A stretch of DNA of 64,000 nt, from assembly GCA_002763075.1 (NCBI GenBank), contig PFDB01000010.1, positions 6,553 through 70,552 on the forward strand. Direction: 5' to 3'. How positions within the stretch are numbered: position 1 is the stretch's first letter; each line of letters opens with the position of its first letter. The translations under genes and the position numbers were made by a program. This DNA is from Candidatus Pacearchaeota archaeon CG10_big_fil_rev_8_21_14_0_10_34_76. Lineage in GTDB: Archaea > Nanobdellota > Nanobdellia > Pacearchaeales > GW2011-AR1. Below the pieces are notes generated by a model that searched no databases, had not been told where the DNA came from, and saw only the letters and a program-made list of their open reading frames with translations. Below are positions 45,338-53,818 of this stretch, piece after piece.

Positions 45338-45976
45338 TTGGGTTGCACCCAGATATCAGATAAACATAAATATAATGGATATTACACTGCAAACATGGAA
45401 TATAACCCCGAAAGAAGAGAATTAAAACTGTCAAAAAAAAACAATGAACTGGATACATTTGTCTTAGATTTTGTAGGGCTTCTTAAGGATTATGTGGTCG
45501 TTTCAGGTTACGTCTCTATTCTTACTGGCAGATCTAGAGCTACAGAAGATATTGACCTGCTTATACCTTCTTTAAATTTTGAGGAATTTGAGGAATATTG
45601 GAAAAAGTTTGAAAAAGCAGGTTTTGAATGTCTGAATACTTCTAAGGAGAAAGAAGCGTTTGATATGCTTAAAGATCATGCTATACGCTTTGCACGAAAG
45701 GGAAAACCTATCCCGAATATGGAATTTAAGGTTATAACAAATGACGTACAAAAATACTCCTTAAACCATAAAATAAAAGTTATTTTAGGCCATAAAGAGA
45801 TGTTTATTTCTCCATTTGAAATGCAGATTGCTTACAAATTATTTTTAGGAAGCGAAAAAGATTTAGAAGACGCTAAACATATTTACGTACTGTTCAAGGA
45901 AAATCTTAATAATGATGAGCTCCTTAATCTATTAAATAAATTAAATGTGACAGATAAATTCCAGTTGATACAATGA
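45338..45976 (+). CDS. nucleotidyltransferase-fold protein (DUF6036/AbiEii-like)
   Basis: VVVSGYVSILTGRSRATEDIDLLIP is the G-x(n)-DxD pattern. Listed from TTG; the in-frame ATG at 45395 (MEYNPERRE) is the likelier start. Confidence 0.6.
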   Translation: MGCTQISDKHKYNGYYTANMEYNPERRELKLSKKNNELDTFVLDFVGLLKDYVVVSGYVSILTGRSRATEDIDLLIPSLNFEEFEEYWKKFEKAGFECLNTSKEKEAFDMLKDHAIRFARKGKPIPNMEFKVITNDVQKYSLNHKIKVILGHKEMFISPFEMQIAYKLFLGSEKDLEDAKHIYVLFKENLNNDELLNLLNKLNVTDKFQLIQ

Positions 45977-46128
45977 AGATAAATTTGAAAGAGCTTGAAA
46001 AGGAAAAACAAAAGAATTTTGAGGAAAGACTAGCTTTTGTAGAATTATGGGCAAATTACGTTAAAACTCATCCTGATGAGGTTTGGAGTGAGCAACAAAA
46101 AATGCTTATTGACTCACAATACTCTTAA
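45973..46128 (+). CDS. 51-aa companion ORF
   Basis: ATGA start/stop overlap with the NTase-fold gene. MKINLKELEKEKQKNFEERLAFVELWANYVKTHPDEVWSEQQKMLIDSQYS. Below the ORF-track length cutoff. Confidence 0.35.
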   Translation: MKINLKELEKEKQKNFEERLAFVELWANYVKTHPDEVWSEQQKMLIDSQYS

Positions 46129-46179
46129 TGTGTTTAGATTTACTAAAAAGGCATAACGCCTCCGACCAAAAAAAATAAA

Positions 46180-46245
46180 ATCAAAAAAACGATGCGAAAA
46201 GGTGCTCGTTTTTTGGATGCTCAAGGAACCTGTCAAGTTCCTTGA
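46180..46245 (+). repeat. multi-hairpin interspersed element, copy R3 (internally deleted)
   Basis: ATCAAAAAAACGATGCG..GGTGCTCG keeps the long-range stem with a compensatory T-A to C-G change. This is followed by TTTGGATGCTCAA and a 9-bp hairpin at 46221-46245. Confidence 0.7.
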
Positions 46246-46257
46246 AATAAAAAATAA

Positions 46258-46740
46258 TTAAATCCTCATCCACTCTCTAAAAGTCCCGTCGTTTTGAACA
46301 GCATATATAACGAAATCTCCTGATTTTGTTCCAGGCATTCCAGGGCTTCCATTCGGCATTCCAGGCATTGCAATTCCCTTTATGTCAGGTTTTTCTGTAA
46401 GAAGTTTCTCTACAGCTTCTAAAGGTATATGTCCCTCAATAAAATAATTTCCAATTATCGTTGTATGACAACTTTCCATTTGCGAAGGTATCTCATATTT
46501 TGCCTTTAAGGTTGAAAGACTTTCAAGATTGACAACTTCCACATCAGAGTTCCCCTTTCTTTGGAAATAATTAACAAAGACTCCACAACATCCACAGCTC
46601 CCCGTCTTGTATATTGTCATCTCGCCATCATATTCGCCTAACGAAGGATATCCGCTTGCTTTATTACTTCCAAATACAATAAACAAAGCAACCACTATTA
46701 TGATTACTCCTACTCCAACTATTATTGTTTTCTTTTTCAT
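46258..46740 (-). CDS. DUF411 (CopG-like) metal-binding protein, membrane-anchored
   Basis: SCGCCGVFVNYF, ESCHTT and IEGHIP motifs, with a Met/Pro-rich GMPNGSPGMPG segment. Confidence 0.75.
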   Translation of the reverse strand: MKKKTIIVGVGVIIIVVALFIVFGSNKASGYPSLGEYDGEMTIYKTGSCGCCGVFVNYFQRKGNSDVEVVNLESLSTLKAKYEIPSQMESCHTTIIGNYFIEGHIPLEAVEKLLTEKPDIKGIAMPGMPNGSPGMPGTKSGDFVIYAVQNDGTFREWMRI

Positions 46741-46747
46741 ATTTTAA

Positions 46748-46984
46748 TTAGCATCCTCCGACCATTGTAGATGCAGCACTCTGAGCAGCACTTCCTGTGC
46801 TTTGTGCAACACCAACAGAGCCTCCTATTCCTGCTTGGAATGTCATGAATAAAGCTATCAAAAACAATGCTCCAATCACAATCCACAAAACTATTCTTTT
46901 ATCCATTTTGATTATAAATCCTCCTTTCATTTTGTTTTCCCCTTCAGAGTTTTCTGAATTTGAAATATTACTGCAACAATCCAT
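46748..46984 (-). CDS. small membrane-anchored peptide ending in MVGGC
   Basis: Start uncertain: ATG at 46906 (MDKRIV..., 52 aa) or the ATG inside ATGAAAGGAGG. One TM helix; the last 20 nt of coding sequence plus stop are identical to 47055-47074. Confidence 0.5.
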   Translation of the reverse strand: MDCCSNISNSENSEGENKMKGGFIIKMDKRIVLWIVIGALFLIALFMTFQAGIGGSVGVAQSTGSAAQSAASTMVGGC

Positions 46985-47054
46985 TATTTTTCCTCCTTAA
47001 AGGATGGATAAAAGGAAAGGAATGCTAAGTCATAAAAAAATAAAAATTTACTCA

Positions 47055-47741
47055 TTAGCATCCTCCGACCATTGCTCCTCCAGAAGAGCTTTGTCCTTTC
47101 TCTATCCCTCTGTATAGATTAGATGCAAGATTGATATAATCAGTGCTATCTATTCCATTAGCTTCTAACACTTGTGCTTTCTGCTCATGAATCCCTGGGA
47201 AGAATAGAACTTTCCACTTCCCTAATTCCCTAAGTATATCTGCATCGCTCATTTCAGGATTGTTTATCAAAAGATACTTTGCAAGACCCCTCATTGCATA
47301 GCTATGTGCACATCCACAAGCCCTCTCCCCATTTGAGAAGATAATTGATTCAGCACCACAACAATACTCACAAGAGATTGATCCTGCAATCATTATATAT
47401 CTCTCAAGTTGTTCAGCATTCAACTGCAAGTCTTCGTATTCAGAAAGCTTTGCAATTGTAGCATCCGCAAGCCTTGGATTATTTGGAGATACATCATCGT
47501 AGCTAATCCCCATACTTGCTCCATATACTGCAGGGATTCCCTCAGGTATTATTTCTGAAGCAGAAACTGTCCCAACACCTGTAGCAAGTCCTGTAGGCCC
47601 AATAGATGAATAAACCTTTCCTGTATTAAATACAATTACTAATGCAAGAATAGCTATTATTCCTATTTGGACATAAAGCTCTGTCTTTCCGGAGCTGGTC
47701 GATCCTCCTTTCATTTCATTCTCACTTTCGTGTTTTTCCAT
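47055..47741 (-). CDS. membrane-anchored Cys-rich protein ending in MVGGC
   Basis: TM helix, then an ectodomain with SCEYCCGAESIIFSNGERACGCAHSYAMRGL and C-terminal GGAMVGGC. Confidence 0.65.
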   Translation of the reverse strand: MEKHESENEMKGGSTSSGKTELYVQIGIIAILALVIVFNTGKVYSSIGPTGLATGVGTVSASEIIPEGIPAVYGASMGISYDDVSPNNPRLADATIAKLSEYEDLQLNAEQLERYIMIAGSISCEYCCGAESIIFSNGERACGCAHSYAMRGLAKYLLINNPEMSDADILRELGKWKVLFFPGIHEQKAQVLEANGIDSTDYINLASNLYRGIEKGQSSSGGAMVGGC

Positions 47742-47762
47742 GCAATCTCTAGAATAAAAAAT

Positions 47763-47789
47763 TATATAAGAGCTTTTGCGCGACTAGTC
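47763..47789 (-). promoter_or_regulatory. TATA plus GACTAGTC operator module (promoter of the 47741-46258 operon)
   Basis: Minus sense: GACTAGTC (47782-47789) - 12 nt - TTATATA (47763-47769) - 21 nt - ATG(47741). Confidence 0.7.
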
Positions 47790-47870
47790 TCATAACTATT
47801 TCCCGAGGATAAAAATAATTTAGAGATTCATTACATATATCTTTAAAAATAAAAAATCAATCTTTTCTCT

Positions 47871-48164
47871 ATGTTAGATCCACCGCCATTCTATAGGGGA
47901 CACGAAGGATTTCAAGAATTGATATCAAATAAAGATCTTGCCAGGCCTGGAAGAGCTATAAGAGTATACAATTATAGCAGGGATTCTGGAGATGAGGGCT
48001 TATATGTACTAGGAACAGAAAATCAATTATTCGATTCTGAGGGAAATATAGTAAAACCCGAGGATGTCTTGAGCAGGGAATCTGCGCCAGACGGATGGAG
48101 TGTTGAAGGCCCTGCATTACACCTTCTTCCCGAGTCAGAACTTGAGAAGATACTAAAACAATAA
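47871..48164 (+). CDS. hypothetical small protein
   Basis: 97-aa ORF with no motif. Confidence 0.45.
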   Translation: MLDPPPFYRGHEGFQELISNKDLARPGRAIRVYNYSRDSGDEGLYVLGTENQLFDSEGNIVKPEDVLSRESAPDGWSVEGPALHLLPESELEKILKQ

Positions 48165-48167
48165 TGA

Positions 48168-48557
48168 TTATTTCAGAGTATTCAAATGAACAACTAACTT
48201 TTTCATATCTTCAGCATCTCCTTCCAACTCAGAATAATATTTCTCATCCATTTCAAAATAAAATTTATTCAGGAATTTTATAGTCTTTTCATAATCTTCT
48301 ATCCCGTTCTTCTTCACAAGTTTGTAGAATGCACAGGCATAATCAGTCAAAGCCTTTGTGATTTCTCTTATCTCAGAATCTTTAATGTTTGGAATCTCAT
48401 CTTGAAAACGCTTCATATCGTCAAGCTCCTTATGGATTGTCTTCTCAAAATCTTGCTTTTTAATGTTCGAACGATGAATAATCCCGTGTTCCACTAAGCC
48501 TTTTTGGAAATTATCCAATCCATCCAGCATTTTTTGATTAAATCCACACAAAGGCAT
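48168..48557 (-). CDS. helical protein, MPxxGFxQ family (paralog 2)
   Basis: Start set to ATG 48557 (MPLCGFNQKMLDGL...), with GGAGG 9 nt upstream. The N-terminus parallels MPPSGFSQDAINGL of the upstream gene. Confidence 0.55.
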   Translation of the reverse strand: MPLCGFNQKMLDGLDNFQKGLVEHGIIHRSNIKKQDFEKTIHKELDDMKRFQDEIPNIKDSEIREITKALTDYACAFYKLVKKNGIEDYEKTIKFLNKFYFEMDEKYYSELEGDAEDMKKLVVHLNTLK

Positions 48558-48558
48558 T

Positions 48559-48909
48559 TTATTTTTCCTCCAATTTAAATTGAGCAAGATAATCTCCAAT
48601 GTTCTCTAGTTCAGTTCGGATAGCCTCGCCTTCCCTTTTTTTGCCTTGTGAAATTTCTGCTATGAGGTCTCTGAAATTGACTGAGACAAACTTGGCCAGC
48701 CCATCTATACCTTCCCGAGAAACAGTTCCGTTTAAAGCTAAGGGAGTACTCGTTTTTACAATTCCTTCCAAATATTCTATACTTGCATCTAAATGTTCTC
48801 TTTCAGATATGTTTTCATGCCTATATCTATCCAGAGTATTCTCGTAAGTGGATTTTACAAATGTAAGTAATCCATTTATCGCATCTTGACTGAATCCGCT
48901 TGGTGGCAT
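48559..48909 (-). CDS. helical protein, MPxxGFxQ family (paralog 1)
   Basis: 116-aa ORF, tandem with 48168..48557. Confidence 0.55.
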   Translation of the reverse strand: MPPSGFSQDAINGLLTFVKSTYENTLDRYRHENISEREHLDASIEYLEGIVKTSTPLALNGTVSREGIDGLAKFVSVNFRDLIAEISQGKKREGEAIRTELENIGDYLAQFKLEEK

Positions 48910-49018
48910 TTTGTTTTTCTCCTTAATTTCCCATAAGAAAAAGACCTAATATTAATTATCTCCCCTGTACAGGAGGTATAATAACAAGGTATTTATACTC
49001 GGAAATCTAACCTTTAGT

Positions 49019-49765
49019 ATGGTAAATGATGAAATGTTTAATCTCCTAAAGATAGGGCTCACAGAAGGAGAGGCAAAAGTCTATCTAGCTCTAAGTGAAC
49101 TAGGAAGTTCTACAGTAGGCCCAATAGTCAAAAAATCAGGGGTCGCCTATTCAAACATTTACGATATTTTGAATAGATTAGCAGAAAAGGGGATAGTCAG
49201 TTTTATCATAAAAAATAAGACAAAATACTTCCAGGCAGCCTCACCCTCAAATTTGATAAATTACTTAGATAGAAGAGAAGCTCAGATAATTGAACAACGA
49301 AATTCACTAAAAAAGATTCTTCCCGAAATTGAAAAACTACAAGGAATGAAGCAAAAACAAGAAGCAGAGATATTCCTAGGTAAAAAAGGATTAAGAACTG
49401 CATATGAAAAGATGTGCAAGGGCATATCAAAAAACGATGAAATTTTATTCTTCTATATACATGATGAAAAATATGGTGAAGAATCCAATCTTTTTTACAA
49501 TAGCATAGTTGATTTAGTAAAGCATGCAAAAAACAGAGGTATCTGTAATAAAGAATATAAGAATTCTTGGTTCGCAAAAAAGTCATCTCACTTAACTATG
49601 AGATTCTCAAGTATGCCTCTTCCAGGAAATATCGATATAACTTCAGACAAAGTCCTTTTGGTATCTTGGGGAGATCCTGTTTTTTCTGTTTTGATAAACT
49701 CTTTTTCTTTAGCAAATAATCTAAGAAATTATTTCAATGAAATGTGGAAGGTTGCTAAAAAATAA
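49019..49765 (+). CDS. TrmB family transcriptional regulator
   Basis: LTEGEAKVYLALSELGSSTVGPIVKKSGVAYSNIYDILNRLAEKGIV wHTH plus a TrmB-type C-terminal domain. Confidence 0.8.
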   Translation: MVNDEMFNLLKIGLTEGEAKVYLALSELGSSTVGPIVKKSGVAYSNIYDILNRLAEKGIVSFIIKNKTKYFQAASPSNLINYLDRREAQIIEQRNSLKKILPEIEKLQGMKQKQEAEIFLGKKGLRTAYEKMCKGISKNDEILFFYIHDEKYGEESNLFYNSIVDLVKHAKNRGICNKEYKNSWFAKKSSHLTMRFSSMPLPGNIDITSDKVLLVSWGDPVFSVLINSFSLANNLRNYFNEMWKVAKK

Positions 49766-49825
49766 AATCGGTTCTTCAGTACAGCAAAATTTTTAACTGA
49801 AAAATTTTGGGTGCCAAAAATTCCT

Positions 49826-50314
49826 TTAAGAATTTTTTAGGACAACAACATTAGTCATTCCCCTGCGTTTTCTCTCAACTAAATTTCTGCCCTCAAGCCT
49901 GTCAACTATTCTAGAAACTTTCTGCTTGCTCATTCCTGTTTTTTCAATTAAATCAGCCTGGAATATCGTTCCTCCAGATTCCTGTATCATCTTAAAGACC
50001 TTTTTGTCCTCTACCTTCAAATCAGATAAGTCAATTTTCTTTGGTTTTATCTTTTCAGGAACTTTTCTTATAATTACTCTTTCCTCGGGCTTAGTAAATA
50101 TCAATATAATTCCAATAATCACAAGTATTCCCACTATTGCCAACGCCAAAAAAGTCTGTTGAGTTATTGAATCATACATAGGACAACTCAGAGCGTGCTC
50201 TCCAGTACACGAACTTTTAACTATCTCCCTTAAGGTAGAATTAAAGAGCAAGATAATTACTATTATGACTAAAGAAATTCCTATTATTAACATGCCAACA
50301 TGTTTATTTTCCAT
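49826..50314 (-). CDS. membrane-anchored wHTH regulator with an extracytoplasmic Cys pair (sensor paralog 2)
   Basis: TM1, loop KSSCTGEHALSCPMYD, TM2, then the wHTH IFQADLIEKTGMSKQKVSRIVDRLEGRNLVERKRRGMTNVVVLK. Confidence 0.8.
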   Translation of the reverse strand: MENKHVGMLIIGISLVIIVIILLFNSTLREIVKSSCTGEHALSCPMYDSITQQTFLALAIVGILVIIGIILIFTKPEERVIIRKVPEKIKPKKIDLSDLKVEDKKVFKMIQESGGTIFQADLIEKTGMSKQKVSRIVDRLEGRNLVERKRRGMTNVVVLKNS

Positions 50315-50335
50315 ATAATAGAGAAAAAAACATCC

Positions 50336-50367
50336 TTTTTAATAGTATTGGATGAATGAAACTAGTC
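50336..50367 (-). promoter_or_regulatory. TATA plus GACTAGTT operator module (sensor paralog 2 promoter)
   Basis: Minus sense: GACTAGTT (50360-50367) - 17 nt - TTAAAAA (50336-50342) - 21 nt - ATG(50314). Confidence 0.5.
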
Positions 50368-50916
50368 CTTTTCACAGATCTTCTCAAGTTTAGAAAGAGC
50401 TCCACTCTCTAATTTCTTCTTTTCATCATGAATTTTCTGTAATATGCCCTGATAACCAATCTGCCAATCTTCTACTTGTCTCCATGTTAATGGCTCCCAA
50501 ATTTCTCTAGTTTGGTCAAAAACAAAAACCTGGTCCACCTTTCTAAAATCTCTTTCGCCTTCGTTATTTGCAATAAGTTTAATGTCAATGTCATCATCAA
50601 TAAGTATTTCCAACCTATATTGCGGAATTACTTTCTTAGATTCAGACAAGAAACCTTTTTCAGTTTCAATTCTTTGAGTATAATAATTTGAAATAACTAT
50701 TTTCTTATCACCATCAGAAAAATATTCTCTGCTCTCATTTACCGGAGGAGTTGCATAATTCCAAACACTAGTAAGTCTCTTTTCTTCCTTTTTACGCTCA
50801 TTATTATTATGCAAGGCAGATGCTCCAATCCATAAAATACCCAATAACGCCATTGCACCAATCGTCCATTCTATTTTACTACCTTTCTCTGTGTGATACT
50901 GTTCATTTTCAGCCAT
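50362..50916 (-). CDS. membrane-anchored hypothetical protein (last gene of the SPFH operon)
   Basis: 184 aa with an N-terminal TM helix. The C-terminal EIWEPLTWRQVEDWQIGY resembles the G(K/S)WE motif of the two small upstream proteins. Confidence 0.55.
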   Translation of the reverse strand: MAENEQYHTEKGSKIEWTIGAMALLGILWIGASALHNNNERKKEEKRLTSVWNYATPPVNESREYFSDGDKKIVISNYYTQRIETEKGFLSESKKVIPQYRLEILIDDDIDIKLIANNEGERDFRKVDQVFVFDQTREIWEPLTWRQVEDWQIGYQGILQKIHDEKKKLESGALSKLEKICEKD

Positions 50917-52153
50917 TTTTCCCCCCAGAGCGTAATTTCTGTAAAACTTGTATTAGATCTTCCGCAAGTTCAGGTAATGAGAGATTTCCCTGCCTTATCT
51001 GAATTGTAGCTTGACTAAGTGCCTTTCCTACTGAATCTGCAATTTTTACTGCAATAGGATTTTCTTCAGACCTTAATGCTGAGTCAACCACTTTTTCAAG
51101 CAGATTAGATCCAGAATCATTCTTTCCAACATCTGGATGAGTTCTCTGTAAGTAGTCTAATTGCAATAAAGGCATAGCGATATCAGTAATTCTTTGATAA
51201 ATTATTGCCTGTGTCAATGGATTATCTTTCTGTAATAACTGTTGTTCTAAATCTCCGATTAAACTTCTTACTGCCTGTGATGTTTCGATTTGAAGTCCTA
51301 AATACTCTTTTCTAGTCCTAATAAATTCATCTCCATTTAATCTTTCCATGGAAATCGCATGTCTCGTTTCTGCCTCTTTTTCCGATCTTATAGTATTTAA
51401 CTGCTGAATCTCCAAAGCATTTTTATCTTTAAGAAACTCACTAATTAATTCTACTTGTCTTGTAGCTTGCTGTTTTATTTGTTCATTCTCAGGCATTATA
51501 ATTCGTAATAATGCTGATCTGAATCTAAACCCTGACTCCTCAAAAAAGGATTTGAACTTTTCACTAGCCATGTCTTGGACTCCCTTATAATCTGCTTCCT
51601 TAAATTCATGAAGTCTCTTTTTAGATTCAATTTGAAATTCTCTTAAAGACTGAGAAGTACCTCCAATGATGAATTGACTCAAATATCCATTTTCCAAGGA
51701 TCCTTGTTCTATACACCTCGTAGCATTTGAAACTTTATAAGTCAAGGAAATATTTGCAAATCCTCCTGCATCAATAGGATTCTCTCCGATTGGGAAGCCT
51801 ATCCCGTGGGTAATCTCTCCAGAATACACAGAAAAAATCTCTAAGTCTCTAGCAGGTCCCGCCCAATAATCTTCCCCTTGGACTGTTTTAATGATCTTCC
51901 CATTTTTTCTTACTACTAATACAGAGTTAGCTTTTGGAGTGAATCCTCTTCCAAATAATGTTACAGGTCTTGAATAATCATAAAGATTGGAAGGGTTTCT
52001 CATGTCATATGGGCTATCTTCCCTCTTTGTCTGATTAAGAAACTCGGGAACTAAGATTGTTTGTTGAGACAGACCCCTAGTCAAGCCATCCGAATCCTCT
52101 TTTTCTTGCGGTCTTTCCCTTCTCTTTGCTTCAACTTTTTGTACTTTAGCCAT
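50909..52153 (-). CDS. SPFH/band-7-like domain protein with a long coiled coil
   Basis: VLVVRKNGKIIKTVQGEDYWAGP ... ISLTYKVSN ... ESGFRFRSALLRIIMPEN follows the SPFH core pattern, and the C-terminal half is heptad-rich. No TM helix. Confidence 0.55.
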   Translation of the reverse strand: MAKVQKVEAKRRERPQEKEDSDGLTRGLSQQTILVPEFLNQTKREDSPYDMRNPSNLYDYSRPVTLFGRGFTPKANSVLVVRKNGKIIKTVQGEDYWAGPARDLEIFSVYSGEITHGIGFPIGENPIDAGGFANISLTYKVSNATRCIEQGSLENGYLSQFIIGGTSQSLREFQIESKKRLHEFKEADYKGVQDMASEKFKSFFEESGFRFRSALLRIIMPENEQIKQQATRQVELISEFLKDKNALEIQQLNTIRSEKEAETRHAISMERLNGDEFIRTRKEYLGLQIETSQAVRSLIGDLEQQLLQKDNPLTQAIIYQRITDIAMPLLQLDYLQRTHPDVGKNDSGSNLLEKVVDSALRSEENPIAVKIADSVGKALSQATIQIRQGNLSLPELAEDLIQVLQKLRSGGKNG

Positions 52154-52562
52154 TTTGTAAAACTAACTCTCCTATAGCTTCCTCTGTTTTTTCCTCAAGT
52201 TTTGAAAATGTAACTTCTTTTGATTTGACAATGGCTCTTTCATAAGCTTCATGCAAATCCTCTTCCCACGATCCTTGAGAATACAATTTAACTGCTGATA
52301 TTGAATTCGCCCTAAAGACTTTCCTCTCCTTAAATGAAATTGTGATTATCTGCGGCCTTGGATGACACTCAGAATAATATTCAATTCTTATTCTTCCCTC
52401 ATCTGCATACCTAAAGTGCACCACATTTTTATCGTACCAATCATTTATGTTTATTCCCAACCATGTTAAAACAGCTTCCGCCTTAGAATACACTTCTTTT
52501 CCTCTATTCTCATGAGTGAGATTTTTGCGTTCACGTTTCAATTTTTCAAAAAGAATACTCAT
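52146..52562 (-). CDS. hypothetical small protein (WE-motif paralog)
   Basis: 138 aa. KLYSQGSWEEDLHEAYERA parallels STYSPGKWEAQFRVLYAES of 52559..52918. It overlaps both neighbouring genes. Confidence 0.5.
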   Translation of the reverse strand: MSILFEKLKRERKNLTHENRGKEVYSKAEAVLTWLGININDWYDKNVVHFRYADEGRIRIEYYSECHPRPQIITISFKERKVFRANSISAVKLYSQGSWEEDLHEAYERAIVKSKEVTFSKLEEKTEEAIGELVLQNG

Positions 52563-52918
52563 CCGGCCCTCCTTGGAAATTTCATTTTCTTCTGAGGAAA
52601 TTCTGAGCCTGCACGTCTTTCCAAAGATTCGGCATATAATACTCTAAATTGAGCCTCCCATTTTCCTGGAGAATATGTTGATACAGAAAATTGTCCTTCT
52701 CCATAAACTGAATCAAAAAGAATCTCTGGCCCATCTTTTTTTAATATTTTAAGTTCTTCTCTATTAGGAGAGTCACATCCATAGGGGTTTCTTGCGATCC
52801 TTAGGGTTTCATCTTCAAAAATAAGCCCATTTCCCAAGGTATTAACTATTGACTTAGCCCTCCGTAGCATTATTCTTTGAGCTAATTCATTTAGTCTTTC
52901 AAAATTTTGACAAGTCAT
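52559..52918 (-). CDS. hypothetical small protein (WE-motif paralog)
   Basis: 119 aa, first gene of the four-gene operon. Confidence 0.5.
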   Translation of the reverse strand: MTCQNFERLNELAQRIMLRRAKSIVNTLGNGLIFEDETLRIARNPYGCDSPNREELKILKKDGPEILFDSVYGEGQFSVSTYSPGKWEAQFRVLYAESLERRAGSEFPQKKMKFPRRAG

Positions 52919-53031
52919 TGTAAAACAGTCCCATCTATCATAAAATCTTATAGAAAAATTGCCGATATAATCTAGGTAGAAAAAAAATCAACCTAAAAGT
53001 TTATTAATTATCTAAGACAAATTCTAAGTAT

Positions 53032-53817
53032 ATGACAATAGAATCCTTATTTGGAGGAAACTCCACTAAAGAAAAGATAATAGAACTTTTATCGAAAAAC
53101 TGGCCACTTAGTGCAAAAAAGATTTATAATCAACTCCAAAAAGAATATCACATTTCAATAACTTACCAAGCAACACACAAGGCTCTAAAAGAGCTTTTTG
53201 AAAGCAAGGTTCTTGAAAAGAGAAAAGAGGGCTATCTTCTAAACAAAGAATGGGCAGAAAAACTAGAGAGTTTCAGCGAAAAGATAAAGGACGAGTTAGA
53301 ACAAGAAAACGAAAATAAAGAAATTAAAACAGTTCAGAAATTTACCTTCAACAATCACATAGAATTTCTAAAATTCCAGCTAGGATTTATGGAAGAGATT
53401 GTGAAAAAAGATAAAAAATTAGACATGATCTTCCACTACAGGCAAGCTCCATACCCACACGTATTATCTAACGAACAAATAGGTAGAATGAAAAAAATCA
53501 TGCCTAAAGTAAAATGGACAATCATAGTGAAAAAGGATAATCCTATGGGGAGGTGGTGTGCAAAACAATGGAGACAAATGGGAGTTAATGTCATTTTTGA
53601 CTCTAATATTTCTGAAGACAGAATGATGTTCCTAAACGATTATATCCTAAATGTTTACACCTCTAAAACTTCTCTAAAAGCCTGGGACGATTCTTATGAT
53701 ATAAAAGATGTCAATGATTTCAATGTAAATTCTACAATAGAAGACATCTCAGATCCGAAGTTCAAAACAATTGTAACAATAATGAAAGACAAAGAGCTTG
53801 CTGATATGCTGAGATAA
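53032..53817 (+). CDS. wHTH transcriptional regulator with an uncharacterised C-terminal domain
   Basis: KIIELLSKNWPLSAKKIYNQLQKEYHISITYQATHKALKELFESKVLEK is a wHTH. Confidence 0.6.
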   Translation: MTIESLFGGNSTKEKIIELLSKNWPLSAKKIYNQLQKEYHISITYQATHKALKELFESKVLEKRKEGYLLNKEWAEKLESFSEKIKDELEQENENKEIKTVQKFTFNNHIEFLKFQLGFMEEIVKKDKKLDMIFHYRQAPYPHVLSNEQIGRMKKIMPKVKWTIIVKKDNPMGRWCAKQWRQMGVNVIFDSNISEDRMMFLNDYILNVYTSKTSLKAWDDSYDIKDVNDFNVNSTIEDISDPKFKTIVTIMKDKELADMLR

Positions 53818-53818
53818 T

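Noticed and set aside
42765-47741. Several proteins apparently starting with or containing MKGG (42765, 46748 and 47055; also the C-termini of 31581 and 37609)
   Set aside because: The recurring ATGAAAGGAGG is the Shine-Dalgarno sequence (AAAGGAGG) of the next gene read as codons, so it is not a conserved peptide motif. It was used only to refine start sites.
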